In this document: piece by piece, positions 38,919 through 48,299 of the stretch
Position numbering within the stretch: position 1 is the stretch's first letter
Layout: every line of letters starts with the position of its first letter
Source of the DNA: Hadesarchaea archaeon
GTDB taxonomy: Archaea; Hadarchaeota; Hadarchaeia; Hadarchaeales; Hadarchaeaceae
DNA: 64,000 bases
Assembly (NCBI GenBank): GCA_029259175.1
Contig: JAPDJH010000018.1
Location: forward strand, 12,104 to 76,103
Reading direction: 5' to 3'
Position numbers and translations under genes: made by a program
Notes under the pieces: model-generated
What the model was told of the DNA's origin: nothing
Database searches by the model: none
What the model saw: the letters and a program-made list of their open reading frames with translations, nothing else

Positions 38919-39820
38919 TCAAGCACCTCCAGATCATCCCAAGATGCCAGCCACAGCTGAGGCTTGGTATAGTAGAACTGGATGGCCCCTTTAACTCGCA
39001 CCATATCTCCGATGTCAACCACATCGTCAAGCGTTCTCCCGAAGTAGGTGAGCAACTGGGGCACCATCACATCTATGGATTCACCGGTATCCATTTCGTA
39101 AACAACCATCCCCTTTGCCCATCCCAGATCGTAAACTGAAATGACCTTTCCCTCCACTTGGATGCGCTTATAAAGACCGAAGTTGTCAGGGTTGGAGACC
39201 ACGTCTAGGATTTTCACGGGTCTCGCTTCGGGGCGATCTATATCCAGCAAACCGTCCGCATACATTAGAATCATCATGCGAAACTGGCCAGCGCGTTCAC
39301 CGGATGCTCGTACTCGCAGATTCCCGCGGAGTGTCACTAGGTCGCCGACAGCAGGAAACTTCGGATTAGGATCGCCAGCATCTAGTCTCTCCTTTTCGCG
39401 CTCCATGAGATCTAGAGTGGTGGCATCGTAAGCCCGAATAAAAATATCCGCGTTCTCGTTCTCTGGATCAACCAAAAACATTCCCAACGCACGCATGTCC
39501 TCATAATACTTCACGAAAGTCGCCTTCCCGGTAAGCACAGCCTGTCCCATGTTCATCGTGGGAGCGTTGTCGAGGTAAAGATCAGCAATCCGGATGTGGT
39601 AGGGCTCTCTCACTATGAAGTGAAAAGTTCGAAGATCCACGTAGAGGAAAAGCACTCCCACTATCGCTACGGTTAGGCCGCCCCACTTCAGGAGGCGGAA
39701 GGACAAGCGCTTCGGGACCTTTGCTCCGCAGTAAGGACACTTTTCAAAAGTGCCAACATAGCGCTTACACTTTGGACAAAATACTTCCTCCAGTCGGCCA
39801 ACGGGTCTCATGATAGCCAA
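38915..39820 (-). CDS. Zn-ribbon + TM + 2 OB-fold protein
   Basis: CPKC/CPYC, one TM, PAVGDLVTLRG and IGDMVRVKGAIQFYYTKPQL. Confidence 0.75.
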   Translation of the reverse strand: MAIMRPVGRLEEVFCPKCKRYVGTFEKCPYCGAKVPKRLSFRLLKWGGLTVAIVGVLFLYVDLRTFHFIVREPYHIRIADLYLDNAPTMNMGQAVLTGKATFVKYYEDMRALGMFLVDPENENADIFIRAYDATTLDLMEREKERLDAGDPNPKFPAVGDLVTLRGNLRVRASGERAGQFRMMILMYADGLLDIDRPEARPVKILDVVSNPDNFGLYKRIQVEGKVISVYDLGWAKGMVVYEMDTGESIDVMVPQLLTYFGRTLDDVVDIGDMVRVKGAIQFYYTKPQLWLASWDDLEVLE

Positions 39821-39855
39821 CCCAACTGAATGGTGAAGTTTTAATAAGTTAACGT

Positions 39856-40527
39856 TTAGAGTTCGCGCGTTTCTCCCGGCTCCAGCACCAGCACTCTGTT
39901 TTCCAAGCCCTTTTTGCGCATTTCTTCGACAAAACGATCGGCACTGGGTTCAAGAACGGGGAATGTTTTGTAGTGCATAGGGATCACCTTGCGCGGATTG
40001 ATGAGCTCTGCGGCCATTGCAGCTTCAACCGGACCCATCGTATAATAGCCGCCAATCGGCAAGCAAGCGACCGCCGGCCGGTAGAGATCTCCGATCAATT
40101 TCATGTCTCTGAAGAGGCCTGTGTCGCCGGCGTGATATATTTTGAAATCCGGAAGTCCGACAACAAAACCTGCGGGAAATCCGCGTTCGGCCGAATGGAA
40201 GGCCTGCACCATCGTCACGTCTATGCCACGGATGTTCACTGTGCCTCCGATGTTCATGCCCACGGCCTCCTTTACCCCTTGGCTCTCGGCAAACACTCCT
40301 ACTTCATATATGCCCACAAAAGCGGCCCCCGTGCGTTTGCAGATCTCTATGGCGTCGCCCAAGTGATCATGGTGGTCGTGCGTCACGCACACAACATCTG
40401 CCTTGGTGATGTCGTCTGCACGAATGGGTGCTCGCGGATTGCCTGTAAGAAATGGGTCAATGAGAACCACTTTTCCGTCAAAATCGAATTCAAAGGCGGC
40501 GTGGCCAAACCACCTGACTCTTACCAT
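39856..40527 (-). CDS. UPF0173 metallo-beta-lactamase-fold hydrolase
   Basis: GHA, IDPF, THDHHDH, HAGDT, PIGG.YTM and PMHY motifs. Confidence 0.92.
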   Translation of the reverse strand: MVRVRWFGHAAFEFDFDGKVVLIDPFLTGNPRAPIRADDITKADVVCVTHDHHDHLGDAIEICKRTGAAFVGIYEVGVFAESQGVKEAVGMNIGGTVNIRGIDVTMVQAFHSAERGFPAGFVVGLPDFKIYHAGDTGLFRDMKLIGDLYRPAVACLPIGGYYTMGPVEAAMAAELINPRKVIPMHYKTFPVLEPSADRFVEEMRKKGLENRVLVLEPGETREL

Positions 40528-40573
40528 TTACACACCCTTTCTTTTTAAGCACCGGCTGTTTTAAAACCACAGA

Positions 40574-41149
40574 GTGATTACTGGTGCGGTGGTCGTGCGA
40601 ATCATAGGGGTTGATCTTGCTGGGGTCTCCACGAGACCTACAGGCCTGGCCATGCTTTACCAGAACACCATAGAGACAAACGTGTTTCACACGGATTTCG
40701 AGATTTTGGAATTCTGTACTATGGTGAGACCACAGATAGTGGCCATTGACGCTCCTCTGAGCAAGCCCAGCGAAAAAGGGCTCCGAGAGTGTGATCGGAT
40801 ACTCATCCGCCGGGGTCTGCGGGTGTTTCCACCATTTTTCGGAGGCATGAGAAAGTTAACAGAGCGGGGTATTCGGTTGGCGCGGGTGTTGAAAAGGAAA
40901 AATATTGAGGTCATCGAAGTTCACCCGAAAACATCTGGAATACTCCTGTTCAATTCCAAAAACCGAGATGTGTGGGTAAAGCAGATAACTCGACTTGGAT
41001 TCAAGATTGAGAAAAAAATGACGGTGCACGAAGTGGATGCCGTGCTGGCGGCTCTGACCGGATGGCTGTACGTTCGGGGCAAAACTGAATCTGTCGGCAA
41101 AAAAGCGAAAATCATCGTTCCGCTGCGAGGTGCTCTCGAAAAGATTTAA
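40574..41149 (+). CDS. DUF429 RNase H-like predicted nuclease
   Basis: GVDLAG, AIDAPL, RECDR, EVHP and DAVLAA motifs. Confidence 0.85.
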   Translation: MITGAVVVRIIGVDLAGVSTRPTGLAMLYQNTIETNVFHTDFEILEFCTMVRPQIVAIDAPLSKPSEKGLRECDRILIRRGLRVFPPFFGGMRKLTERGIRLARVLKRKNIEVIEVHPKTSGILLFNSKNRDVWVKQITRLGFKIEKKMTVHEVDAVLAALTGWLYVRGKTESVGKKAKIIVPLRGALEKI

Positions 41150-42008
41150 CGGTCAGAGAAAGACTGGCAAGGCCCACTCCCATCAGATCCGAAATTCTTT
41201 GCATAGTGATGTCTTCTCTATTTTTCCCAGCCAAATAGAGAACCGCTGCAGCAGCAAGCCTAGGTGATTTGTGCTTGAGGCGCGGTGCAAGCTGTGAACA
41301 AATTTTGTTCGCTCGCTCTCGTTCAAGACGAGAGAAACGAAAAACGGCGGAAAACTTCGCGATATAATCGGCGCATGACATACGGTGTGGTGTGATCCCC
41401 AGCTTTCGACTGAAAAGCTTCACGGTCTTTCGCAGGACCTTGACGGTGCGCCGAGGTTTTAAGCCATAGCGACTATCCAACGCTCTGAGGATCTCCTTTT
41501 CAGTGCGTGGGAGACCGCGGTTCCGGGCTACAAGAAAAACCAGCGCTGCAAGGACTATGCGAGAGTCTCTTCCTACTGTCAAGCCGGTGGCACGCGTTTT
41601 TCTGTAGAGAACGCATACCTCCGCCCGAATGTTCTTAGAAATCATAAGATCTCTGCAAAACGCCTCGATCATCAACATTTGCTCACGAAGACTGCGATCT
41701 GACCAGTCGGAAGCGCGAGAACGCCTGTGAAGAAAATGCATTCTCCGGAGTTTTGCTCGTTGAGAGGGTGTGAGACCTCGCGAAACTTCAAAATGACTTC
41801 CGATGCCCAAATCGTGCGTGGTGTAATCGACTCCGGAGCCGAGATCCGCCCGCCCGCTGCTTTCGCTTGGTTTGGCCCGGCGTTCCGGTCCGTATTCCAT
41901 CGCTTTGTCCACAATCACTAGACCACACCGAGTGCAAACAACTTCTCCTCTGTGGATGTCGTAAAAAGCGGAGGGTGTGCGACAATGTGGACAAAGCATT
42001 GCCCTCAC
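41112..42008 (-). CDS. Divergent transcription initiation factor IIB (TFB) paralog
   Basis: CPHC...GEVVCTRCGLV Zn ribbon, GPE.R, HDLG and cyclin repeats (GR, PRT.KEI). Confidence 0.8.
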   Translation of the reverse strand: MRAMLCPHCRTPSAFYDIHRGEVVCTRCGLVIVDKAMEYGPERRAKPSESSGRADLGSGVDYTTHDLGIGSHFEVSRGLTPSQRAKLRRMHFLHRRSRASDWSDRSLREQMLMIEAFCRDLMISKNIRAEVCVLYRKTRATGLTVGRDSRIVLAALVFLVARNRGLPRTEKEILRALDSRYGLKPRRTVKVLRKTVKLFSRKLGITPHRMSCADYIAKFSAVFRFSRLERERANKICSQLAPRLKHKSPRLAAAAVLYLAGKNREDITMQRISDLMGVGLASLSLTVKSFREHLAAER

Positions 42009-43133
42009 TCAGGGGGTGGGGAGCTTCAAAACACTTCGCACCTCATCGTTGGTGAGCAGTCTCTCAAGCGCCCGATGGGGAGTGCGACAAACGAATAAAT
42101 CAGCGAAGGCCCTACCAAGCGAGTGTCTCTGTAGAACCGAGAGAAATGCGTCGAGTTCCGGATCTCTAAGTGAAACCAAAGCACCATAAAGAGCAAAATA
42201 TTTGCGTAGCTCCATCCCACACTGCTGATCACACGTGGTCGGATAGTAAGACAACGCGTGTGGTGTTGAAATGCTTTCGGCCGCCAGTTTGCCTGCGATT
42301 TCTCCCGAAATCATCGAATAGCGAAGTGAACCAAACGCTAGTGGGGCAAACCATCCGGCTGCCGAACCAACAGCTCCCAACTTTTCCCTGACCAGCTCAG
42401 ATACTGGACCGGAAGAAGGATGTAAGCTTCTCCGAGCTGCAATTGGAACCGGGGGCTTTTGCTGAAAAATGCTTCCACACAGTTCGTCCAAAGCAATATC
42501 CATTTGTGGTCTCTCTCCTCTGACCCCTACAGAAACCAGCGCCTGAAAAGCGGGAACGGCCCATCCGAAGCCGCCAGGCAAGTGATAAGAAGAAAAAAAT
42601 ACTCGTGGTTGCTGGATCTCGGTGCTTGGAATTAAATAACAGTTATCCACTAGTGGCTCTGAACTCGAGGCACCAGACAATAAAGGAGCAGACCAGGGAG
42701 GAAAACCGGAGGCGTCCAAAACGACATTTGCTCGAACATCTTCCTTCCAACTAGGCCCCTGAACTGTCAACTTGGTAATTCTGCTAGAACTAGTTCTCGG
42801 CGTTTGAACTGGGGAACTGATCCAAATCTCGGCGCCCGCGTCGATTGCCTCAGATGCCATTTTTCTCAGAAATTCTGATGAATCCACTATAGCGAATCTT
42901 GAACACTTAGCTTCCACTTGGGTATTCCGAGAGCTGAAAAGGATCCGATCCGCATAAACGCGGTTTGCTGTTCCTTTTGGTGGATGTGAAAGGACCATCG
43001 GGAATGATGCATGTGGCCCTATAGAGGCCCTCATTTCCAGCACTAGAGTTTTTGCGCCCTCTTCGGCAGCTGTTTTTGCGGCTCTCAGTCCGCTTGGCCC
43101 TCCACCGATTATAACGACTTCGAAAGTCGGCAT
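42009..43133 (-). CDS. Divergent geranylgeranyl-reductase-like flavoprotein
   Basis: GGGPSG, DASG, PGGFGW and VGSAAG (degenerate GDAAG). Confidence 0.7.
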   Translation of the reverse strand: MPTFEVVIIGGGPSGLRAAKTAAEEGAKTLVLEMRASIGPHASFPMVLSHPPKGTANRVYADRILFSSRNTQVEAKCSRFAIVDSSEFLRKMASEAIDAGAEIWISSPVQTPRTSSSRITKLTVQGPSWKEDVRANVVLDASGFPPWSAPLLSGASSSEPLVDNCYLIPSTEIQQPRVFFSSYHLPGGFGWAVPAFQALVSVGVRGERPQMDIALDELCGSIFQQKPPVPIAARRSLHPSSGPVSELVREKLGAVGSAAGWFAPLAFGSLRYSMISGEIAGKLAAESISTPHALSYYPTTCDQQCGMELRKYFALYGALVSLRDPELDAFLSVLQRHSLGRAFADLFVCRTPHRALERLLTNDEVRSVLKLPTP

Positions 43134-43209
43134 GCGCGCCCCTTTTCATTTACCCGGACTCTATTTAAAAAGAGAAAAATACTATGAATGCCCAGTGCTG
43201 GTGGAGTCG

Positions 43210-43914
43210 ATGCACATCATTTCATTTGCTTCGGGAAAAGGAGGGGTGGGGAGAACCACTCTGGTGGCCAATCTGGGAGTAGCATTAGCCAAATTGGGAA
43301 AAAGAACGCTGTTGCTTGATGGGTGTTTCGAAACTCCCGATCTCGCGCTTCACTTTAAGCTTGAAAAAGCGTTCTACACCTTAAACGACGTGTTGGCCGG
43401 AGACACTTCGCTGTCCAACGTCGTCCAAGTAGGTCCAGAAAAAGTGGAAATAGCACCCGCCGCACTCACCCTTGAACAAATAAAGAAAACAAAACCCGAG
43501 CGTTTGTCAGAAGTCGTCAAAGAAATAGACAAAAAATTCCAGTATGTGCTCATCGATACGCCGGGAGGGCTAAGGAGAGACACGGTGGCAGCGCTTCGTG
43601 CATCATCTGAGACCATTCTCGTCACCACCCCTGACATGGTGGCGGTCTCGGATTGTATGAAAACGAAGCTGATAGTTGAGTTTCTGGGGATTCGCCTCAA
43701 GGGGTTCATAGTTAACCGTGTCGGCAATGAAGAATTCGAACTCAAGACAAAGGAGATTCAGGAAATTCTCAATCTGCCTTTGCTCGGAGTGGTGCCCGAA
43801 GACGATAGCATGTCCGAGGCGATCAGAAAGGGGATACCAATCGTGGTGTATAAGCCAAGCGCCCCCGCTGCTCAGGCTATATTCAAAATCGCCAAAAAGA
43901 TCGGGAAGAGTTGA
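43210..43914 (+). CDS. minD: MinD/ParA family ATPase
   Basis: SGKGGVGRTT, IDTPGG, VNR and PED motifs. Confidence 0.85.
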   Translation: MHIISFASGKGGVGRTTLVANLGVALAKLGKRTLLLDGCFETPDLALHFKLEKAFYTLNDVLAGDTSLSNVVQVGPEKVEIAPAALTLEQIKKTKPERLSEVVKEIDKKFQYVLIDTPGGLRRDTVAALRASSETILVTTPDMVAVSDCMKTKLIVEFLGIRLKGFIVNRVGNEEFELKTKEIQEILNLPLLGVVPEDDSMSEAIRKGIPIVVYKPSAPAAQAIFKIAKKIGKS

Positions 43915-43916
43915 AC

Positions 43917-44972
43917 TCAGGACTCTGGTTGTGGTGGTGGAGGCGCCGGCGGGGACGGGGGTTTCTCCGGTTCTGGCTGTGGCTGAGGAGCAGGCTGAGG
44001 CGCTGGTTGGGGCTCCGGGGCTGGTTGGGGTTGAGGAGCGGGCTGGGGAGAAGGTGTCGGTGGTGAAGGAGCTGGCGGTGCGGTGGGCGGAGCTGGAGTT
44101 GGTGGAAGTTCTGGTGCCCCCTCCAACGGCATTTCTTTTTTCTTTCGCGTAAGGACGACCACAGCAGCGACTATCACTATTACTGCTCCTACGCCAATCA
44201 TCCAGAGAGGAACGCCGCCGGGGGCAGACAGACCAATAACTATCGGGTTGGATACCACAATGGTTCCAGTTGATGGACCATCAGCACTGACTATTAAATT
44301 TACATCTTGACGATAATTCAAACGCCATTCGCCCGTGCTTGACTGGTCAATATATCCTCCGCTGCCCACGTCCTCCCCGTCAGCTGTTTTTAACCAGTAG
44401 CGGTCATATTGATCTTTCTGGTATGAGTACTCATATGTGGTGCCTGCGATTTTGAATTTGACCTTGTTTCCGGTAAATTCGGGAGAAAGATTTCGAAAGA
44501 TCAAACGCACGCGCAAAGTTACCGTCTTCGGATTCCCATTATCTAGAATTTCATCCATATAATATCCAGCACTCTTGGCCTCATTTTCTGAAAGCTCCGG
44601 TGGATACGCTGGGCCTTCGGAACCTCGTGGATAATTCACGAGCTGAATCGGGATCGAAAAGGTTTTCTCATCCGGTTTGGACCACTGCTGATTCCTTATT
44701 CGGTGTTCATAAGTTCCGGAATAAATCCAGTCCCCGTCTGATGACCACCAATTCCCAGTCGTATAATAGCTACTCCCGCTGTACACGTATGCTCTGATCT
44801 CCCAATCACTCGAAAGTGTCATTCCGGAGGGCTTCTGCACCGTTACCTCCACGTTGTAAACCCCCCCGGGAGCTACTGTGGTTGTGCTCTCTTGGGCAAG
44901 AACCGGAGAAGAAAGTACCGTGGAAAATGCGAGACAAAGAAGTGCACCGATAAGCCACATACGCAAGCTCAT
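43917..44972 (-). CDS. Secreted, C-terminally anchored protein with a Pro-rich tail
   Basis: Signal peptide, TM plus RKKK, then PAPQP repeats; paralog of 45007-45870. Confidence 0.75.
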   Translation of the reverse strand: MSLRMWLIGALLCLAFSTVLSSPVLAQESTTTVAPGGVYNVEVTVQKPSGMTLSSDWEIRAYVYSGSSYYTTGNWWSSDGDWIYSGTYEHRIRNQQWSKPDEKTFSIPIQLVNYPRGSEGPAYPPELSENEAKSAGYYMDEILDNGNPKTVTLRVRLIFRNLSPEFTGNKVKFKIAGTTYEYSYQKDQYDRYWLKTADGEDVGSGGYIDQSSTGEWRLNYRQDVNLIVSADGPSTGTIVVSNPIVIGLSAPGGVPLWMIGVGAVIVIVAAVVVLTRKKKEMPLEGAPELPPTPAPPTAPPAPSPPTPSPQPAPQPQPAPEPQPAPQPAPQPQPEPEKPPSPPAPPPPQPES

Positions 44973-45006
44973 CGTAAAGGGATAAATGGTACATCCATTT
45001 AAATGT

Positions 45007-45870
45007 TTAGTATTCGGGTACTGGCAATTCTTCCGTCTTTCTTCTGAGTGCCATGTAAAGCCCTATGCCCACGGGGATTATAATTACTATCACGCTACCC
45101 ACCAATCGAACCTCGTCGGGCAACGTGAGGGTTGGCTCCGGTGCTGCCGTGGACTGGAGGGTAAGATTAAGGGACTGGGAAATGGTGAAGGTGGCAGTGG
45201 TCGGAGCGTCCTCAGTAACGTAGGCTGAGAGATCCAAGTCTACCATGAGACGCCATTCTCCAGTGGTACTCCGGTCAATCATTCCTTCAAAACCCTGACC
45301 GCTAATGTGATATCTGCCATAGTCGTCGCGGGTGTAAGAATATTGGAATGGGTAGCCTCCTATCTGGAAGGTCACCAAACCGGATTCGGCTTCGGGATCG
45401 GGAAACTCTGGCTGGACATCGTGCACTATCAATCGAATCCTAAAAGAAACGTTGGTGTTGAGCGGGATATCGCCCATGCCGTGTTGTTTATCGATCTCGG
45501 GTCGAGGCCTCGGGACTATCTGAACACCAACGTTCACGGTTCTGGTCTCGGTTGAATCTGTCCAATCGTCGCCTCTGTAGCGATGCTGCCACCACCCACT
45601 ATATCCGAAATCGGTCCAGTTGCCAGTGCAATAATTGGTTGTACCGTCATAGAAATACGCACGCACCTCCCAGTCCCCCTCTCTTAATCGGATGTAGGGG
45701 GTTTTCTTCACCGTGACCCTAATGGTGTAACTGCCCCCGGGAGCGATAATGTAAGTCGAAGCGGCAATAGATGGAACGGACAATAGAAGCAGTGCCAGAA
45801 CGAACAGTGCCCAACACGGCCTCATTCTCTCCAACCCCAATCTGGTTTTATTCCTTCCCTCGGTCTCCAT
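45007..45870 (-). CDS. Secreted, C-terminally anchored protein, paralog of the downstream gene
   Basis: Shares APGG.Y, WE.RAY.Y, TGNW, R.RLI and ID.S.TGEWRL. Confidence 0.75.
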   Translation of the reverse strand: METEGRNKTRLGLERMRPCWALFVLALLLLSVPSIAASTYIIAPGGSYTIRVTVKKTPYIRLREGDWEVRAYFYDGTTNYCTGNWTDFGYSGWWQHRYRGDDWTDSTETRTVNVGVQIVPRPRPEIDKQHGMGDIPLNTNVSFRIRLIVHDVQPEFPDPEAESGLVTFQIGGYPFQYSYTRDDYGRYHISGQGFEGMIDRSTTGEWRLMVDLDLSAYVTEDAPTTATFTISQSLNLTLQSTAAPEPTLTLPDEVRLVGSVIVIIIPVGIGLYMALRRKTEELPVPEY

Positions 45871-46204
45871 AAACGAACCTCAGGACCCCGGGCTTCGCTT
45901 CGTAGATGCGCCCTGCAGAGATCTCCTCCCTCAGGATCTGGTCCACTTCCTCTTGAGATAAACCCACCTTCTGCGCTAGTTCTATTATCTCGGATTTCTC
46001 CACCGACCCTCCCGGATCTTTACTCGCCAAGGCTTTCATCGCGCGAAGAACAAAATCCAGCTTTGCTTCTCGTCCGCGCAATATCAGAGCGGTGCGGTGC
46101 TTGGCTGGCGTCGAGGATTCAACCGTCACATAGGTTCCCACCTCTAGCTCTACTGCGAACTCCTTGCCGCACATCGGGCATGTGACTTGAATCCGATGAC
46201 GCAT
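45848..46204 (-). CDS. Small protein with CPxCG and a winged-helix-like C-terminus
   Basis: CPMCG and GRIYEAKPG (resembles the MCM/RPA C-terminal wHTH). Confidence 0.55.
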   Translation of the reverse strand: MRHRIQVTCPMCGKEFAVELEVGTYVTVESSTPAKHRTALILRGREAKLDFVLRAMKALASKDPGGSVEKSEIIELAQKVGLSQEEVDQILREEISAGRIYEAKPGVLRFVYGDRGKE

Positions 46205-46265
46205 CGCATATTCCTATCCCCTCCTACATAATAGGTATTTTCGTTCCTAAATTGAGATTTTACGG

Positions 46266-46760
46266 ATGCGATTCGTTGTGGATGGGATGCTCGGCAAACT
46301 GGCTCGGTGGCTACGCATATCGGGTCACGATGTTGTGTATTCCAACGATTTGCGGCGCAGCGATGACGAATCTATCTTGGAACTCGCCCTCAGAGAAGAT
46401 CGAATTCTGATAACCAGCGACGTGGGTCTCTACAAACGGTGTAAAAAACACCGCGCTAGATGTGTGTTGCTGAGGTCTGAAGGAACAGTTAATCAGCTGG
46501 TGGAGCTCTCTCGATTTCTGGGACGACCCATTCCCGTGGACTTCGAAAGCTCGCGGTGCCCTGAGTGTAACGGAGAATTGGTGGAAATCGGTGCTGAGGA
46601 GGTAAGAAATCACGTGCCCGAGTCCATCGCCCAGCGTTATGAAAGCTTCTGGAGATGTACCGGTTGTGGAAAAGTTTACTGGGAAGGGTCTCACTGGAGG
46701 AGCATAATAAAAACTGTGAACGAGTATAAACGGAGGATCAAAAGTGCTGAGCTTGGATGA
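46266..46760 (+). CDS. Mut7-C RNase (PIN) domain protein
   Basis: DGMLGKLARWLR..G.D, RCPECN and CTGCGKVYWEGSH motifs. Confidence 0.92.
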   Translation: MRFVVDGMLGKLARWLRISGHDVVYSNDLRRSDDESILELALREDRILITSDVGLYKRCKKHRARCVLLRSEGTVNQLVELSRFLGRPIPVDFESSRCPECNGELVEIGAEEVRNHVPESIAQRYESFWRCTGCGKVYWEGSHWRSIIKTVNEYKRRIKSAELG

Positions 46761-47340
46761 TGGAAGGTTGTTGGTCAAGATTGCTCGCGAGACCATCGAA
46801 CAATACGTCCGAAAGGGAAAAACACTAGAACCGGAGGGAGTCCCAGAAAGGCTGAGACAGCCGCGCGGGGTGTTTGTTACTCTCACGCGCAAGGGAGAGC
46901 TGCGCGGATGCATCGGATATCCGCTCCCGGTCAAGCCATTGATGGAAGCGTTGATCGATGCGGCAATAAGCGCGGCCACCCGGGATCCGCGGTTTAGCCC
47001 GGTAAGGGCCGACGAACTGAAGGAAATAACGGTTGAGGTGAGTGTGCTCACAGAACCGGAACTCATCCGGGTAAAGCACCCACGAGAGTACCTGGAAAAA
47101 ATCAGGATCGGCAGGGATGGGCTGATTGTAGAGTGGTCGGGTTTCGCTGGGCTTCTGCTCCCGCAGGTGCCCGTCGAGTGGGGCTGGGATGTGGAAGAAT
47201 TCTTGTCTCAGACCTGCATGAAGGCCGGATTGCCGCCGGACTGCTGGCTGGAAAAAGACGTGAAGGTGAAGCGGTTTTCAGCTCAGATATTCAGGGAAAA
47301 AACACCGGGTGGAGAGGTCGAGGAGCACGTGCTTGGATGA
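46744..47340 (+). CDS. AMMECR1 domain protein (AmmeMemoRadiSam protein A)
   Basis: GVFVTL, LRGCIG, DPRF, GRDGL, LLPQV and KAGL motifs. Confidence 0.93.
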   Translation: MLSLDDGRLLVKIARETIEQYVRKGKTLEPEGVPERLRQPRGVFVTLTRKGELRGCIGYPLPVKPLMEALIDAAISAATRDPRFSPVRADELKEITVEVSVLTEPELIRVKHPREYLEKIRIGRDGLIVEWSGFAGLLLPQVPVEWGWDVEEFLSQTCMKAGLPPDCWLEKDVKVKRFSAQIFREKTPGGEVEEHVLG

Positions 47341-47347
47341 GGCAACA

Positions 47348-48232
47348 ATGTCTTTCGTCACGGTAGCTGAAGCCGAGGAAGTTCAGATCCACGCTCCGAT
47401 TGGGGGAAGGATATCGTTCTTCAACAGCCCCTATCCTGCCCACGGAGAGCTCAAGGCAGTAGACATCTACTTCCCGGAAAACATCGCCCGTTCACCGGTG
47501 AGTGGAAAAATAGCGTGCATCCGGAAGATCCGCCCGCCCAAGACCACGGCGTTCAAGGCATCCCCTGTGGACTACCTCGTCTGCATCAAGGTTTCAGAGG
47601 ATCTCCTCGTGCGCGTTCTGCACGTCAGACCAGAGGTCAGAGTCGGAGAGGATGTGAGGGTTGGGGAAAGGCTTGGGCTCCCTCTGAGAACCGGGTTTTT
47701 CGATTTCTGGACGGATCCCCATGCACACGTGGAAGTAAGGAAAAAGGGAGATTATTTGCGGCCTTTGGGCGCTCTTTCTCTGCGTCCCCTGATCGGGAGG
47801 GTGGGAAAAGGAGGCGCGGTGCTCGAAGGGGAAGTGGTCTCTTGCCGCCCGGAATACTGTTTGGTTGCGCTAGCGGGAACCGGGAGGGTCGGGGTGCTCA
47901 ACGGACTGGTTGTGGCGAGTAGCGGGAAAGCTTGTATCCTCGATGGGGGCTTCCCGCACTACGGCAGGGGTGGCGTGCTCGCTGACGAAATCGCGGGAGC
48001 GGATGTGGAAGTGAGTGGAGTAAAAATCGGCGAAATCACGAACAAATCCGGAGGTGCTGCTGCGGTTCGCTTTGACCCGGTAAAGGCAACGGTCAACGGG
48101 ATCGGTTTGAGGGGGCTCTCGTGCTATCTGGGCGTGGGGTGCAAACCCCTGCTCAAGCTGGTGCCTAAAAAGCCGGGAGAACTGCGTCTCAACGGGGAGG
48201 TGAAGATCGAGCTCGGACGCGCGGCGCTTTGA
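47348..48232 (+). CDS. Conserved archaeal protein with M23-like motifs
   Basis: SFFNSPYPAH...AVDIY, LHVRP and WTDPHAHVEVR motifs. Confidence 0.6.
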   Translation: MSFVTVAEAEEVQIHAPIGGRISFFNSPYPAHGELKAVDIYFPENIARSPVSGKIACIRKIRPPKTTAFKASPVDYLVCIKVSEDLLVRVLHVRPEVRVGEDVRVGERLGLPLRTGFFDFWTDPHAHVEVRKKGDYLRPLGALSLRPLIGRVGKGGAVLEGEVVSCRPEYCLVALAGTGRVGVLNGLVVASSGKACILDGGFPHYGRGGVLADEIAGADVEVSGVKIGEITNKSGGAAAVRFDPVKATVNGIGLRGLSCYLGVGCKPLLKLVPKKPGELRLNGEVKIELGRAAL

Positions 48233-48299
48233 TTTCAAGTTCGTGGATCCAAATTGATATGCTGCGATATACTGGCAGGAACTCGTGATGATCTTATAT

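Noticed and set aside
43920-44120. GC-rich tandem-like DNA repeats
   Set aside because: Explained by the Pro/Gln/Ala-rich protein tail.
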